64,000 nucleotides of DNA, taken from positions 22,390,197 through 22,454,196 of the forward strand of contig NC_057720.1 in NCBI RefSeq assembly GCF_004010195.1. The letters are read 5' to 3'. A model generated the notes under the pieces. It made no database searches and had not been told where the DNA came from. It saw only the letters and a program-made list of their open reading frames with translations. This stretch comes from Chiloscyllium plagiosum (taxonomy: Eukaryota). The number at the start of each line of letters is the position of its first letter. Position 1 is the first letter of the stretch. Made by a program: the position numbers and the translations under genes. Of this stretch, positions 27,021-38,252 are shown in pieces.

Positions 27021-27205
27021 CTGCAAATATTTGTGAATGTGCCATGATGCCTGTTTCCCATCATTCACAGACTCGACGGTGGTGTTAGCCAAACCAGCGA
27101 TGTCACCACCTGCAAAAACCCACGGCTCACTCGTCTGCATGGTCTCTGTGTCAACATCCAAGAAGCCCCATCTGTTAAACCTGATCTTAGTCATGGCCTC
27201 TTTCA
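27021..27205 (-). CDS. DPYD: Dihydropyrimidine dehydrogenase, internal coding exon (equivalent to human exon 12)
   Basis: Translates to (V)[61 protein letters not shown], containing the flavoprotein VFAGGD motif. Pyrimidine-rich acceptor TGCAG|TG at 27206-27207 and donor CAG|GTGGGT at 27019-27020. Length 185 bp. G from the previous exon plus TG gives GTG (Val), so the phase is consistent. Confidence 0.97.
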
Positions 27206-27377
27206 CTGCAATAAATGTAAACAGAAAAGAAAAATAAGGTGGTGATCTGGAAAATTAAGCAAGCCAGGTCTTGTCTAAATCTTGTTAATATTATTTATCA
27301 TCGAGATCTGCAGAACAGAAAAAGGCCCTTCGACCCATCAGGTCCATGGCCTGCAAAAGCAACCACTAACTTTTCTT

Positions 27378-27694
27378 GGGGTGGCACGGTGGCTCAGTGG
27401 TTAGCACTGCTGCCTCACAGTGCCAGGGACTCAGGTTTAATTCCAGCCTTGGGCGACTGTCTGTGTGGAGTTTGCACATTCTCTCCGTGTCTGTGTGGGT
27501 TTCCTTCGGGTGCTCCAGTTTCCTCCCACAGTCCAAAGATGTGCAGGTCCGCTGAATTGGCCATGCTAAATTGCCCGTAGTGTTAGGTGCATTAGTCAGT
27601 GGGAGATGGGTCTGGGTGGGTTCATCTTCAGAGGGTCTGTGTGGACTTGTTGAGTGAAGGGCCTGTTTCCACACTGTGGGGAATCTTATCTAAT
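27378..27694 (+). mobile_element. HE1-type SINE, about 170 bp from the exon-12 acceptor
   Basis: Near-consensus full-length copy. Confidence 0.92.
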
Positions 27695-28799
27695 CCCATT
27701 GTTCTGATTTGTATTTCTAACTGCTTCTAATTTGTTTAATTTAGGGAGTAACGTTGTTGGAAAATACAGTTCAAATTTAACCTTCTGAGTTCTACATGCC
27801 AAATAAGTTCTACTAGGCAAATAAATTCTTCCTTGCATGTAGAAAACAATTTTTACTCAGCTTTGTCAGCACTATAACTCTAATTTATCTATAATATATA
27901 GCTTGAGTGAATCATCCATCAATTAGCTGAGAAAAAAACTAGAAATTAGGAAGTCATAGTTCAACTGTGCTCTCTTTTCATTAAATTTATCTCCTGTCTG
28001 AAGCTTTGCTGCTTCATTAGGCCTGGAAGAAGGGGTTTCTGAACCACTGTCATGATTTTATCATAGGTTTCAACACCATGATATCAGACCAAATGGTAGT
28101 CCTGAACCTGCACTTCCTGATGTTGAAGCAGCTGCATAATGTTCTTAGAGATGGTGCTGAGGTTGACGGCCTCTGTGATTGCCATCCTATTAAGAAATCT
28201 GGACAGTTCCATGATGCTGTTACCCAAATCATAGAGCCATCAAATCTCCAGGCTCAGTACCCCCACTAGGGGGAAAGGTGACCACGAATGAGGTAGATGA
28301 GCAACTATGAGTGCACTTCAACACAAATTTAACATTGGAGGAGCAGAGTTGAATTCATAGATCAGAAGTAGGAGCACCACTTACTTGAGGGGATATCCCT
28401 CCAGGTGCATTATTGAGGTTAACTTTTGTGGCCATGACCTGGGTGTTCAGCCCAAAGAATCTCTCAGGCTGACTCAGGGATTCCACTTCCATTAAACTGG
28501 CAGGCTCCTCAGATAGTGATGGCCCTCAGCCACCAGCAGAATCCTGGTACGTGCTCCAAGCTACCTTTAATCATCTTAAATATATCTTAAATATACAAAC
28601 TGGTTGTACCACTACATGGGCAGTCAATTCATGTTCCAGCGCATCCTTGGGCAACATCCCCATTTAACTAAAAACCACTCCAATCTGGATCCTTGGTATT
28701 TTCGAGGCTCTTAACCTCCAGGTCTGCCATCACTAACTTGGGAAAATTCAGCTGCACAGATTTACAGCTTGCCAGCTGAAACAAGGGAGATAACCTGCA

Positions 28800-29175
28800 G
28801 AGGACATAAGAGTTGGAGGTCATGACATGGCTGTACAGGCCATTGGTTAGGTCACTTCTGGTCTACCTGCTATAGGAAGGATGTTGTGAAACGTGAAAGG
28901 ATGCAGAAAAGATTTACAAGGGTGTTGCTATAAGTTGGAGGGTTAGAGCCATAATGAGAGGCTAAATAGGCAGGGGCTGTGTTCCCTGGAGCTTTGGTGG
29001 CTGAGGAGTAACCTTTTAGAGGGATATGAGATCTTGAGGGACATGGATAGGGTGAAAAGACAAGGCCTTTTTCCCAGGGTGTGGTGTCCAAGTCTAGAGG
29101 GTGTAGGTTTAAGGTGAGAAAGGAAAGATTTAAAAGAGATGTAAAGGGCACAGAGGGTGGTGCATGTATGGAATT
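28800..29175 (+). mobile_element. CR1 3' fragment
   Basis: Nucleotide similarity to the 10432 copy in the opposite orientation. Confidence 0.8.
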
Positions 29176-29281
29176 TTGCTTTCACTTCTGTGACCTATGA
29201 TCCTGTTCCACAGCTACCTGATGAAGCAGTGCTCCGAAAGCTAGTACTTCCAAATGAACCTGTTGGACTATAACCTGATGC

Positions 29282-30919
29282 TGTGTAACCCACATTCTGA
29301 GACTGATAACTAGTTCTGGATTCCTTCAACATTGGGAACATTCTTTCTACATCTAGCCTGTTCAATCCAGTCCTAACAGGACTTTATTTGTTTCTTTGCA
29401 TTCTCCCCACTTCATTCTTCTAAATTCCAGTAAGTACAAACCCAGTCAATCCAGTTTTTCTTCATCTGTCAGTCCTGCCTCCCAAGGAATCAGTCTGGTG
29501 AACATTTGCTGAACTCACTCAATAACAAGAATGTCCTTCCCCAGACTAGCAGACCAAAACTGCAAACAGTACTCAAGGTGTGGCCTCACCAAGGCTGGTA
29601 TAACTACAGCAAGACCATCCTTACTCTGATACTCAAAACCTCTATGAAGGCCAGCATGCCATTAGTTTTCCTCACCGTCTTCTGCACCTGCATGCCAATC
29701 TTTGGCAACTGTTCCACCATGACATGCAGGTCTCGTTGGACCTCACCTTTTCCTAAACTGCTACCATTCAGATAATAGTCTACTTTCTTATTTATGCCAT
29801 CCAAGTGGAAAACGCCACATTTGTTCCAGTCCTGCCCAGGCACAGACCGTCTGGTTTGTAATGGTCCCACCTCCCCCAGAACCGATTCTGTTGTCCCAGT
29901 GTTGTGTTTTGTTTTTCTCTAAATTAATGGTACATTGCTTAATGCACTTAATGACCTAGCACTGTACAACAACACATAAATGAGGGTCATTTCAGCTCAA
30001 TTATCCAAATACATCTGTGGGAATTGTTAGGACAAGATTTTGATGTTGCTATGCTATTCAGCGATCAATACCAATACATCTGAACTACAGAAATTCATTG
30101 TGTAACCCACATTCTGAGACTGTGATAACTAGTTCTGGATTCCTTCAACATTGGGAACATTCTTTCTACATCTAGCCTGTTCAATCCAGTCCTAACAGGA
30201 CTTTATTTGTTTCTTTGCATTCTCCCCACTTCATTCTTCTAAATTCCAGTAAGTACAAACCCAGTCAATCCAGTTTTTCTTCATCTGTCAGTCCTGCCTC
30301 CCAAGGAATCAGTCTGATGAACATTTGCTGAACTCACTCAATAACAAGAATGTCCTTCCCCAGACTAGCAGACCAAAACTGCAAACAGTACTCAAGGTGT
30401 GGCCTCACCAAGGCTGGTATAACTACAGCAAGACCATCCTTACTCTGATACTCAAAACCTCTATGAAGGCCAGCATGCCATTAGTTTTCCTCACCGTCTT
30501 CTGCACCTGCATGCCAATCTTTGGCAACTGTTCCACCATGACATGCAGGTCTCGTTGGACCTCACCTTTTCCTAAACTGCTACCATTCAGATAATAGTCT
30601 ACTTTCTTATTTATGCCATCCAAGTGGAAAACGCCACATTTGTTCCAGTCCTGCCCAGGCACAGACCGTCTGGTTTGTAATGGTCCCACCTCCCCCAGAA
30701 CCGATTCTGTTGTCCCAGTGTTGTGTTTTGTTTTTCTCTAAATTAATGGTACATTGCTTAATGCACTTAATGACCTAGCACTGTACAACAACACATAAAT
30801 GAGGGTCATTTCAGCTCAATTATCCAAATACATCTGTGGGAATTGTTAGGACAAGATTTTGATGTTGCTATGCTATTCAGCAATCAATACCAATACATCT
30901 GAACTACAGAAATTCATTG
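29282..30919. repeat. Tandem direct duplication, 2 x ~0.82 kb (CR1 fragment plus flanking sequence)
   Basis: Copy 1 is 29282-30100 and copy 2 is 30099-30919. The ORF track shows identical ORFs 819 bp apart. Confidence 0.97.
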
Positions 30920-31565
30920 GCAATGGTTACAGATGATTAACACTACAAGTTAGTTTACATAAGAGGTGGCTCCCTGCACTATTTTAAATAACAGAGCCTG
31001 GAAGAACAAGAAGCAGATCATGTGTCCAAACTGCAGTCACAATAAATTATAAGATAGCAGAAGCATGTTTGACAAAAAAATGGCTAAATTCCATTGACAT
31101 TAACTGAATTCAGTAATAATATATGAATTCTCCACTAAGTACAGTGCAGTACTGGGCTTAGATTCAGATTATGTGAAATAAAAACTGAAAATGATGGAAA
31201 CGGATCTGGGAGAGAGGAAAGTAGGTTTAATGTTTCAGGTCAATGAACTTTCATTGGAACCCTGCTGAGGGTTTCCAGAACTTTCTACATTCACTTCAGA
31301 TTTCTGTTTGTGCAGTAGATTTCTTAAACCTACATCTCGCATCACCTAAACATTGAGTCTACAAAAACAATTGTGCACAAATTAAAAGAGTTGCACACCT
31401 AAAGTGACAACAGGCATTTTTCTTCAATAAATATCTAATTTTATATTAGTGATGGCAAATAGAGACCATGTTGTGATAAAGTTCAGAACCTGACCTACAA
31501 TTGGGAAAAGTGGGCTCCCTCTTAACATTGACTAGGGTGGGTTAAATGAAAAATCCCAAACCAAT

Positions 31566-31952
31566 CCCACATTATAAGAAGGATGTGGAAGCTTTGGAAA
31601 AGGTGCAGAGGAGATTTACTAGGATGTTGCCTGGTATGGAGGGGAGGTCTTATGAGGAAAGGCTGAGGGACTTGAGGCTATTTTTGTTGGAGAGAAGAAG
31701 GTTGAGAGGTGGCTTAATAGAGACATATAAGATAATCAGAGGGTTAGATAGGGCGGACAGGGAGAGTCTTTTTCCAAGTATGGTGACGGTGAGCATGAGG
31801 GGGCATAGCTTTAAATTGAGGGGTGATAGATATAGGACAGATGTCAGAGGCAGTTTCTTTATTCAGAGAGTAGTAGGGGTATGGAATGCTTTGCCTGCGA
31901 CAGTAGTAGATTCGCCAACTTTAAGTGCATTTAAGTCGTCATTGGACAAACA
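31566..31952 (+). mobile_element. Relatively young CR1 3' fragment running into an assembly gap
   Basis: Uninterrupted frame YKKDVEALEKVQRRFTRMLPG...RVVGVWNALP. Confidence 0.9.
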
Positions 31953-32094
31953 NNNNNNNNNNNNNNNNNNNNNNNNNNNNNNNNNNNNNNNNNNNNNNNN
32001 NNNNNNNNNNNNNNNNNNNNNNNNNNNNNNNNNNNNNNNNNNNNNNNNNNNNNNNNNNNNNNNNNNNNNNNNNNNNNNNNNNNNNNNNNNNNNN
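31953..32094. other. Assembly gap (142 N)
   Basis: N run. Confidence 1.
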
Positions 32095-32254
32095 CCCACA
32101 GTCCAAAGATGTGCAGGTCAGGTGAATTGGCCATGCTAAATTGCCCATAGTGATAGATGAGTTAGTAGGGGAATGGGCCTGGATGGGTTACTCTTCAGAG
32201 GGTCAGTGTGGACTTGTTGGGCTGAAGGGCCACACTGTCGGGAATCTAATCTAA
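32095..32254 (+). mobile_element. HE1-type SINE 3' half
   Basis: CCCACAGTCCAAAGATGTGCAGG... with an (AATCT)n tail. Confidence 0.88.
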
Positions 32255-34624
32255 TGTGACAAACCGTCAGGTAGAAAAAAACTCGAACAATAATTAAGAA
32301 AATAGCTGAGAGTGTCAAAGTCTTGATCTCAAGTTTAAACTAATCCCTTTGCATTCATCATAAGTAACATAAGTTCAGACATAAATGTGAAGATAAAATA
32401 GATAACAATCCAAGATTCAAGTTCCAACCATTGACACTCTGACTGGCTGTGAAAGAACCGTTTAAAAACTGAAACAGTATGTGAATATCTGCAACACATT
32501 ATAGAGAAGGATGAAACTCTGAGGCACTGGATGGATCTTCTTTCTGCATTGACATAACGGGCCTGACTTTTACTGCAACGTCAGATAGCAAGAGTCTGGA
32601 AATCTCCTTCCTCATGAAAAGTTCACCTTAATGGTGGGACCTCTAGTCAGGTGGAGGGAGGGGGGAAATGGAGAGTAGGTGTGGAGTTGAGATGCTGCCA
32701 TAGATGCTGTTCAGAGGCCACTAAATGACTCCAGCTGCTTAAAAGGCTCACCGCAAATCTCTGTTACTTTGACTCAAAAATAAGAACCTAACTATTCTAA
32801 TCTCATTTTCTTAATTAGCTAAAAAAAAAAGCATCCCCAAATCCCATGCCACTTCCATGACTACTCATCTGCCCCACTCATTCTAATGCCCCATTATAAC
32901 TCCATGTCACCTCAATACCAACTCACGACAATCCAATCTTAACTGTGGCAACTTCTATGCTAACTCATCCAGTATTCACTGTGGACTAATCTCAGGAGTT
33001 ATTGTGATGAAGCACAATAAAATTCCAGGCATCTATTATAGACTCTACTATATAATAAAAATACCTCCAGTCATGAATCCCCATTGAAATGGCTGAAACC
33101 CTCTGAAATATTCAAGCCCTTGTAAAAATAAGCAGTTGTATTATTGGCTTCATGTCAAAATCTGTTAATGACAATCCTTTTCAGCTGTCAATAAAACTGA
33201 GAACTTACAGCCTACTATCATCACACAGAGATTTTTATTTTTTTATTTCTTCTGGGATGTGGCCCGAATTTGTTGTCCATCCCCAATTGCCCTTGCACTG
33301 AATGGTTGAGTTCAGTATCAATCACATTATGTTGAGTCTACAGTCACATGTGGGCAGACCAGATGAGAGTGGCACATTTTCCTTCTCTGAAGGACATCAG
33401 TGAATCAGATGGGTTTTAAAATAATTGACTTTAGACTAAACAAAACAAGACTTTTTTTAAACAGTTCTTTTGTCAAATGAATTCAAATTTCACTACTTGT
33501 CTTCAGAATATAAGCCCAGGTCTCTGGATTACTAGTGGCAATAGTATGACAGCAACTGCTAATCATGAAACCAACAATCATTAATAATGATATAATGATA
33601 GTCATATGGATTATGTGAACAAACAAAGATCTTGTAAATGCTGGCAAAGCGTCTCTTTGATTCTCTCAGACACAGTTGTTTAGTTTTGTAAAGAGTTTGG
33701 CAAATAAATAACTTAACATCTTAAGTCCAGACAGTGGCAGGAGTCTGGAATGTGCTGCCAGGATAATGGTGGAGGCAAATACAATAGAGGGATTTACAGG
33801 GCTTTTAGATAAGAACATGTATATACAAGAGACATGGACCAAGGGTAGGCAGAAGGGATTCGCTTAATTTGGCATCACGTTTGGCACAACATCGTAGGCC
33901 AAAGGGCCTATTCTTGTGCTGTACAGTTCTATGGTTTGTATTCTAAATTTTTTCTTCTCTCACAGGCGCAAAAGGTTAGTAAACAGAATTGGAGGGCATG
34001 ACATTGGAAGGGAGTACAGTATTTGGTTATGGCCTGAGAATTAGTTAACAGATGAAGAAAAAGAGGATAGGAATAAATAGGTCATTCGCAAGATGGCACA
34101 CTGTTACCAATGGAGCATTGCAAGGATCAGTGCTGAATCCACAACTGTCCACAATCTATGTAAATGATGGTGAGCAAATATCATATTTCCAGTTCTTAAT
34201 GACTTAAAAATTTTGAGAAGACAAGGAAGCTTCAAAGGAACCTGGGCACTCCAAGTGAATGGACAGATACATGACAGAGGAAATTTAACGTTAATGTTAA
34301 GTTAATGCTAGACAAAATAGACAGGTAGCATGCTTCATAGATAGGGTTTGGGCAATGTTGGTAACCAAAGACTTTGTTCATTAATCACGAAAATCTTGTA
34401 CAGGTGCAGTAAGCAATTCAGAAAGTTTATCGTATACGTATGTTACATATAAACACAGGCGATAGGAGCAGGAGTAGGCCATTAAACTCCTTGAGCCTGC
34501 TCCACCATTCAATATAATCATGGTTGATCATCCCACTCAGTATCCTGTTCTCACTTTCTTCCAACATTCTTGAGCCCTTCATCCCTGAACACAAGGGGAT
34601 TTGAGTACAGGAGCAAAGATAGAT

Positions 34625-35680
34625 TCATAGAGTCATAGAGATGTACAGACCCTTCAGTCCAACTCGTCCATGCCGACCAGATATCCCAACCCAATCTAGT
34701 TACACCTGCCAACACCCGGCCCATATCCCTCCACACTCTTCCTGTTCATATACCCATCCAGATGCCTTTAAAATGTTGCAATTGTACCAATCTCCACCAC
34801 TTCTTCTGGCAGCTCATTCCATACATGTATCACCCTCTGCGTGAAAAGGTTGCCCCTTAGGTCTCTTTTATATCTTTCCCCTCTCACCCGAAACCTATAC
34901 CCTCTAGTTCTGGACTCCCTGTCTCAGGGAAAATATCTTGCCTATTTATCCTATCCATGCCCCTCATGATTTTACAAATCTCTATAAGGTCACCCCTCAA
35001 CCTCCAACACTCCAGGGAAAACAGCCCAGCCTATTCAACCGCTCCCTAAAGCTCACATCCTCCAACCCTGGCAACATCCTTGTAAATCTTTTCTGAACCC
35101 TTTCAAGTTCACAACATCTTTCCAACAGGAAGGAGACCAGAATTGCATGCAATATTCCAACAGTGGCCTAACTAATGTCCTGTACAGCTGCAACATGACC
35201 TCCCAACTCCTGTACTCAATAAAGGAAAGCATACCAAATGCCTTCTTCACTATCCTCTCTACCTGTGACTCTACTTTTAAGGAGCTATGAACCTGCACTC
35301 CAAGGTCTCTTTATTCAGCAACACTCCCTAGGACCTTACCATTAAGTGTATAAGTCCTGCTAAGATTTGCTTTCCCAAAATGCAGCACCTCATATGTACC
35401 TAAATTAAAAACCATTTGCCACTTCTCAGCCCACTGGCCCTTTTGATCAAGATCCCGTTATAATCTGAGGTAACCTTCTTCGCTGTCCACTACTCCTCCA
35501 ATTTTGGTGTCATCTGCAAACTTACTAACTGTACCTCTTATGCTCACATCCAAACCATTTATACAAATCATGAAAAGTAGTAGACCCAGCGCTGATCCTT
35601 GTGGCACTCCACGGGTCACAGGCGTCCAGTTTGAAAAACAACCCTCCACCACCACCCTCTGTCTTCTACCTTTGAGTCAG
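34625..35680 (-). mobile_element. CR1 (HER1-like) LINE, RT C-terminal half to 3' end
   Basis: GVPQGSALG, KFADDTKIGG and LYRTLVRPLLEYC, with frameshifts. Confidence 0.93.
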
Positions 35681-35762
35681 ATGTCTTGTTGCAAATGTAT
35701 CGAGCACAATACTCTCAGTGCAGTGTCATCATACATACATAAATGTATGTATGATGACACTG

Positions 35763-36270
35763 CACCTAGAGTATTGTGTACCGTTTTGATCTTCTTATCT
35801 AAAGAAAGATGTAGATGCCATAGAGAGAGGGCAAATGAGGCTAACTGCCCTATTCCTTGAAAGTGTGGAACAGTCTTAGGAAGACCTATGCACAGAACTT
35901 AAAGAAACTGGATCTGCGTTTTCTAGAGTTTTGAAGAATGAGAGATGATCTCATTGAAACTTAGAAATTCTTACATGAAATTCAAGGGTAGATGTAGTTA
36001 GGAAGTTTGAGGCTAGACATCGGGAACATAACATCAGAATAAGGGTCAAGCCATTTCAAACTAGGATGGAGAGGTATTTCTTCACTCTGAGGAGGTAAAA
36101 GAGTGAATGCGTTCAAGGCAAAAATCGAGAGATTTTTAGATAATAATAACAACAAGGAATATGAGGGTAGCACAGAGAACTGCTATTAATGTTGGTGACC
36201 AGTTATGATCTAACTATCCTGTACAGCAGCTTCAACAGGATGATTGTGCTTTTCCTCTTCCTGTGTCACT
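35763..36270 (+). mobile_element. Old CR1 3' fragment
   Basis: CACCTAGAGTATTGTGTA (HLEYCV) and GATCTCATTGAAAC (DLIE). Confidence 0.7.
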
Positions 36271-37035
36271 AAAGCAGACTCCTTTTCTCAGTTTTGATAG
36301 ACCAACTGTTGAAATAGCTTTCAGCTGGACAGCTTGACAAAACGCAATTTCTCTTGCAGTGCAGTCACAAGTATTGCAAAGGTTTTCCAACTCCAACATT
36401 GTGAAATAAGGCTCTTATTCTTCGAATTCAGCAATAAATTCAATACCCTCACTGACTTCAAGTTTCCCTCATGCGTGAAGCATGTCGAGCTTCCTCTCCC
36501 TATTGGCAAAAAGGAGATCAATATGAAGGATTTAGCTACTCCAGAGCCTGCGACCAATGGGCTGTGCTGTTCCTCAAGATGTTCTGCAATTTATTTACAG
36601 TAATGAACTTCATGACAGCATTTAAACCACATGGATTCCATTAACCATGGGCTTACTGGTAGCAGGTAGTGAAAAAAGCTTCCCAAAGTTGAAACTCATA
36701 AAACCATATTTGTGGTTGACCCTTGCTGACCTTACTGTCTACTGAGAATGATCTCAATCAAGATATGGACCTCTCACAGCAACCTCAGGGTCTGCTGCAG
36801 CAAATACACAAAGGTTTGTCTTCAGAGTGTTGGAGCCTTAGTGAACAAAGCATATGAAGTCATTGTTCATTATTCTTTCTGTATTTGTTGTTCATTTTAT
36901 TTTTATTTTTTGATTTTTATTATTTATTACTTAATAGAATTTGATTTAATTTCCACTTTTGTTTTAACCTTTGAGATGATAACTTTATTCTGCCATTTAC
37001 ACCAGAACTGCAGCATATTTAAACTAAAACAGTGG

Positions 37036-37354
37036 GGGTGGCATGGTGGCGCAGTGGTTAGCACTGCTGTCTCACAGCATCAGAGACCCTTTCAATTCTT
37101 GCCTTGGGCAACCGTCTGCGTGGAGTTTGCACATTCTCCTCATGTCTGCGTGGGTTTCCTCTGGTTTCCTCCCACAGTCCAAAAGATGTGCAGGTTAGGT
37201 GTACTGGCCATGCTAAATTGCCCGTAGTGTTAGGTGAAGGGGTAAATGTAGGCGAATGGGTCTGGGTGGATTGTGCTTCGGCGGGTCGGTGTGGACTTGT
37301 TGGGCCGAAGGGCCTGTTTCCACACTGTAAGTAATCTAATCTAATCTAATCTAA
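37036..37354 (+). mobile_element. HE1-type SINE
   Basis: Head, V-domain and (TAATC)4 tail. Confidence 0.92.
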
Positions 37355-37963
37355 TTACAACAGCATCTGACCCAGAGTGTGGTTTTCCCCAGCACAGCAC
37401 TATCAACAACTAAATCTCTACTTGCTGCTCAACTTCTGAAAATTTACATGGTTCAAAGGGGTTTGAGGGTGACAACATAAAATAATCTACTCGCAGGCTT
37501 GTATCCACATTTAACCACTCTAGGATTATTCCCTTATTCTGCAACTATTGTCACATGATGCATTTTTGAGTGTATTCTCCATGTACAAGATCTGATATAC
37601 AGTACATTTATAGTATGGAGCTACCTGTCCAAGTCTGAAATCTCATTCAAGCAAGACAGTGACAATCATCAAATGGCTACCATATACTCTCATTGTCATG
37701 GCCACCAGGTAGATAGATCTTGTCTTTTGGAGGCACTTAGCACCAAATGTTCGGGGCAAAGTTCACCATCTGTCCATTTGAGGTGCAGGGTGTTAAGGCA
37801 TGGAATTTTTCAGTTTCCCCCATCTCCACTTTGAAAATTTGATGAACTAAATGGGTTCAATTTCCTTTCCAGTGCACACAATGCTGATACTCTGAGGGAG
37901 TACAATACTTGGTGACAATGTCTTTCAGACGCAGTTTCAAAGAAATGGCTAATATTTATCCTT

Positions 37964-38093
37964 GGCAAAAGTGAGGACTGCAGATGCTGGAAATCAGAGT
38001 CCAGATTATTGTGGTGCTGGAAAAGCACAGCCGGTCCAGCAGCATCCGAGGAGCTGGAAAATCGACGTTTCGGGCAAAAGCCCTTCATCAGGA
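37964..38093 (-). mobile_element. Solo Penelope-like terminal repeat
   Basis: Matches the terminus of the PLE at 22170. The reverse complement contains CTGATGAAGGGCTTTTGCCCGAAACGTC. Confidence 0.85.
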
Positions 38094-38139
38094 CTGAAGG
38101 TCCTGAGTTATCCTTTACCTATCACAACTGAAACAGATA

Positions 38140-38252
38140 TTCTGAGCATTGTCTCATTGCAGCTTGTGGGAACTATGATGTGTTTAAATTAACTGTTGCA
38201 TTTTTTTACATTATAGCAATGAGTACACTTCACTGGCTGGAAAGTGCTTAGT
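38140..38252 (+). mobile_element. Deu-domain SINE relic (SacSINE1/AmnSINE1-like)
   Basis: CATTGCAGCTTGTGGGA...AAATT..CTG..GC.TTT..TACATTA.A.CA.TGA.TACACTTCA...GGCTG.AAAGTGCTT resembles the Deu-SINE 3' core as recalled. Confidence 0.55.

Noticed and set aside
27378..27455. tRNA-like sequence with A and B boxes
   Set aside because: It is the SINE head and continues into the V-domain and LINE tail; not a tRNA gene.
27239..27580. Recurrent ORFs with GGTVAQWLALLPH..CLCGVCTFSPCL (also at 7087, 13513, 51103)
   Set aside because: These are translations of the HE1 SINE, not a protein family.
36334..36603. 89-aa plus-strand ORF as a nested gene
   Set aside because: Non-ATG start, no recognisable domain, and no supporting exon structure.
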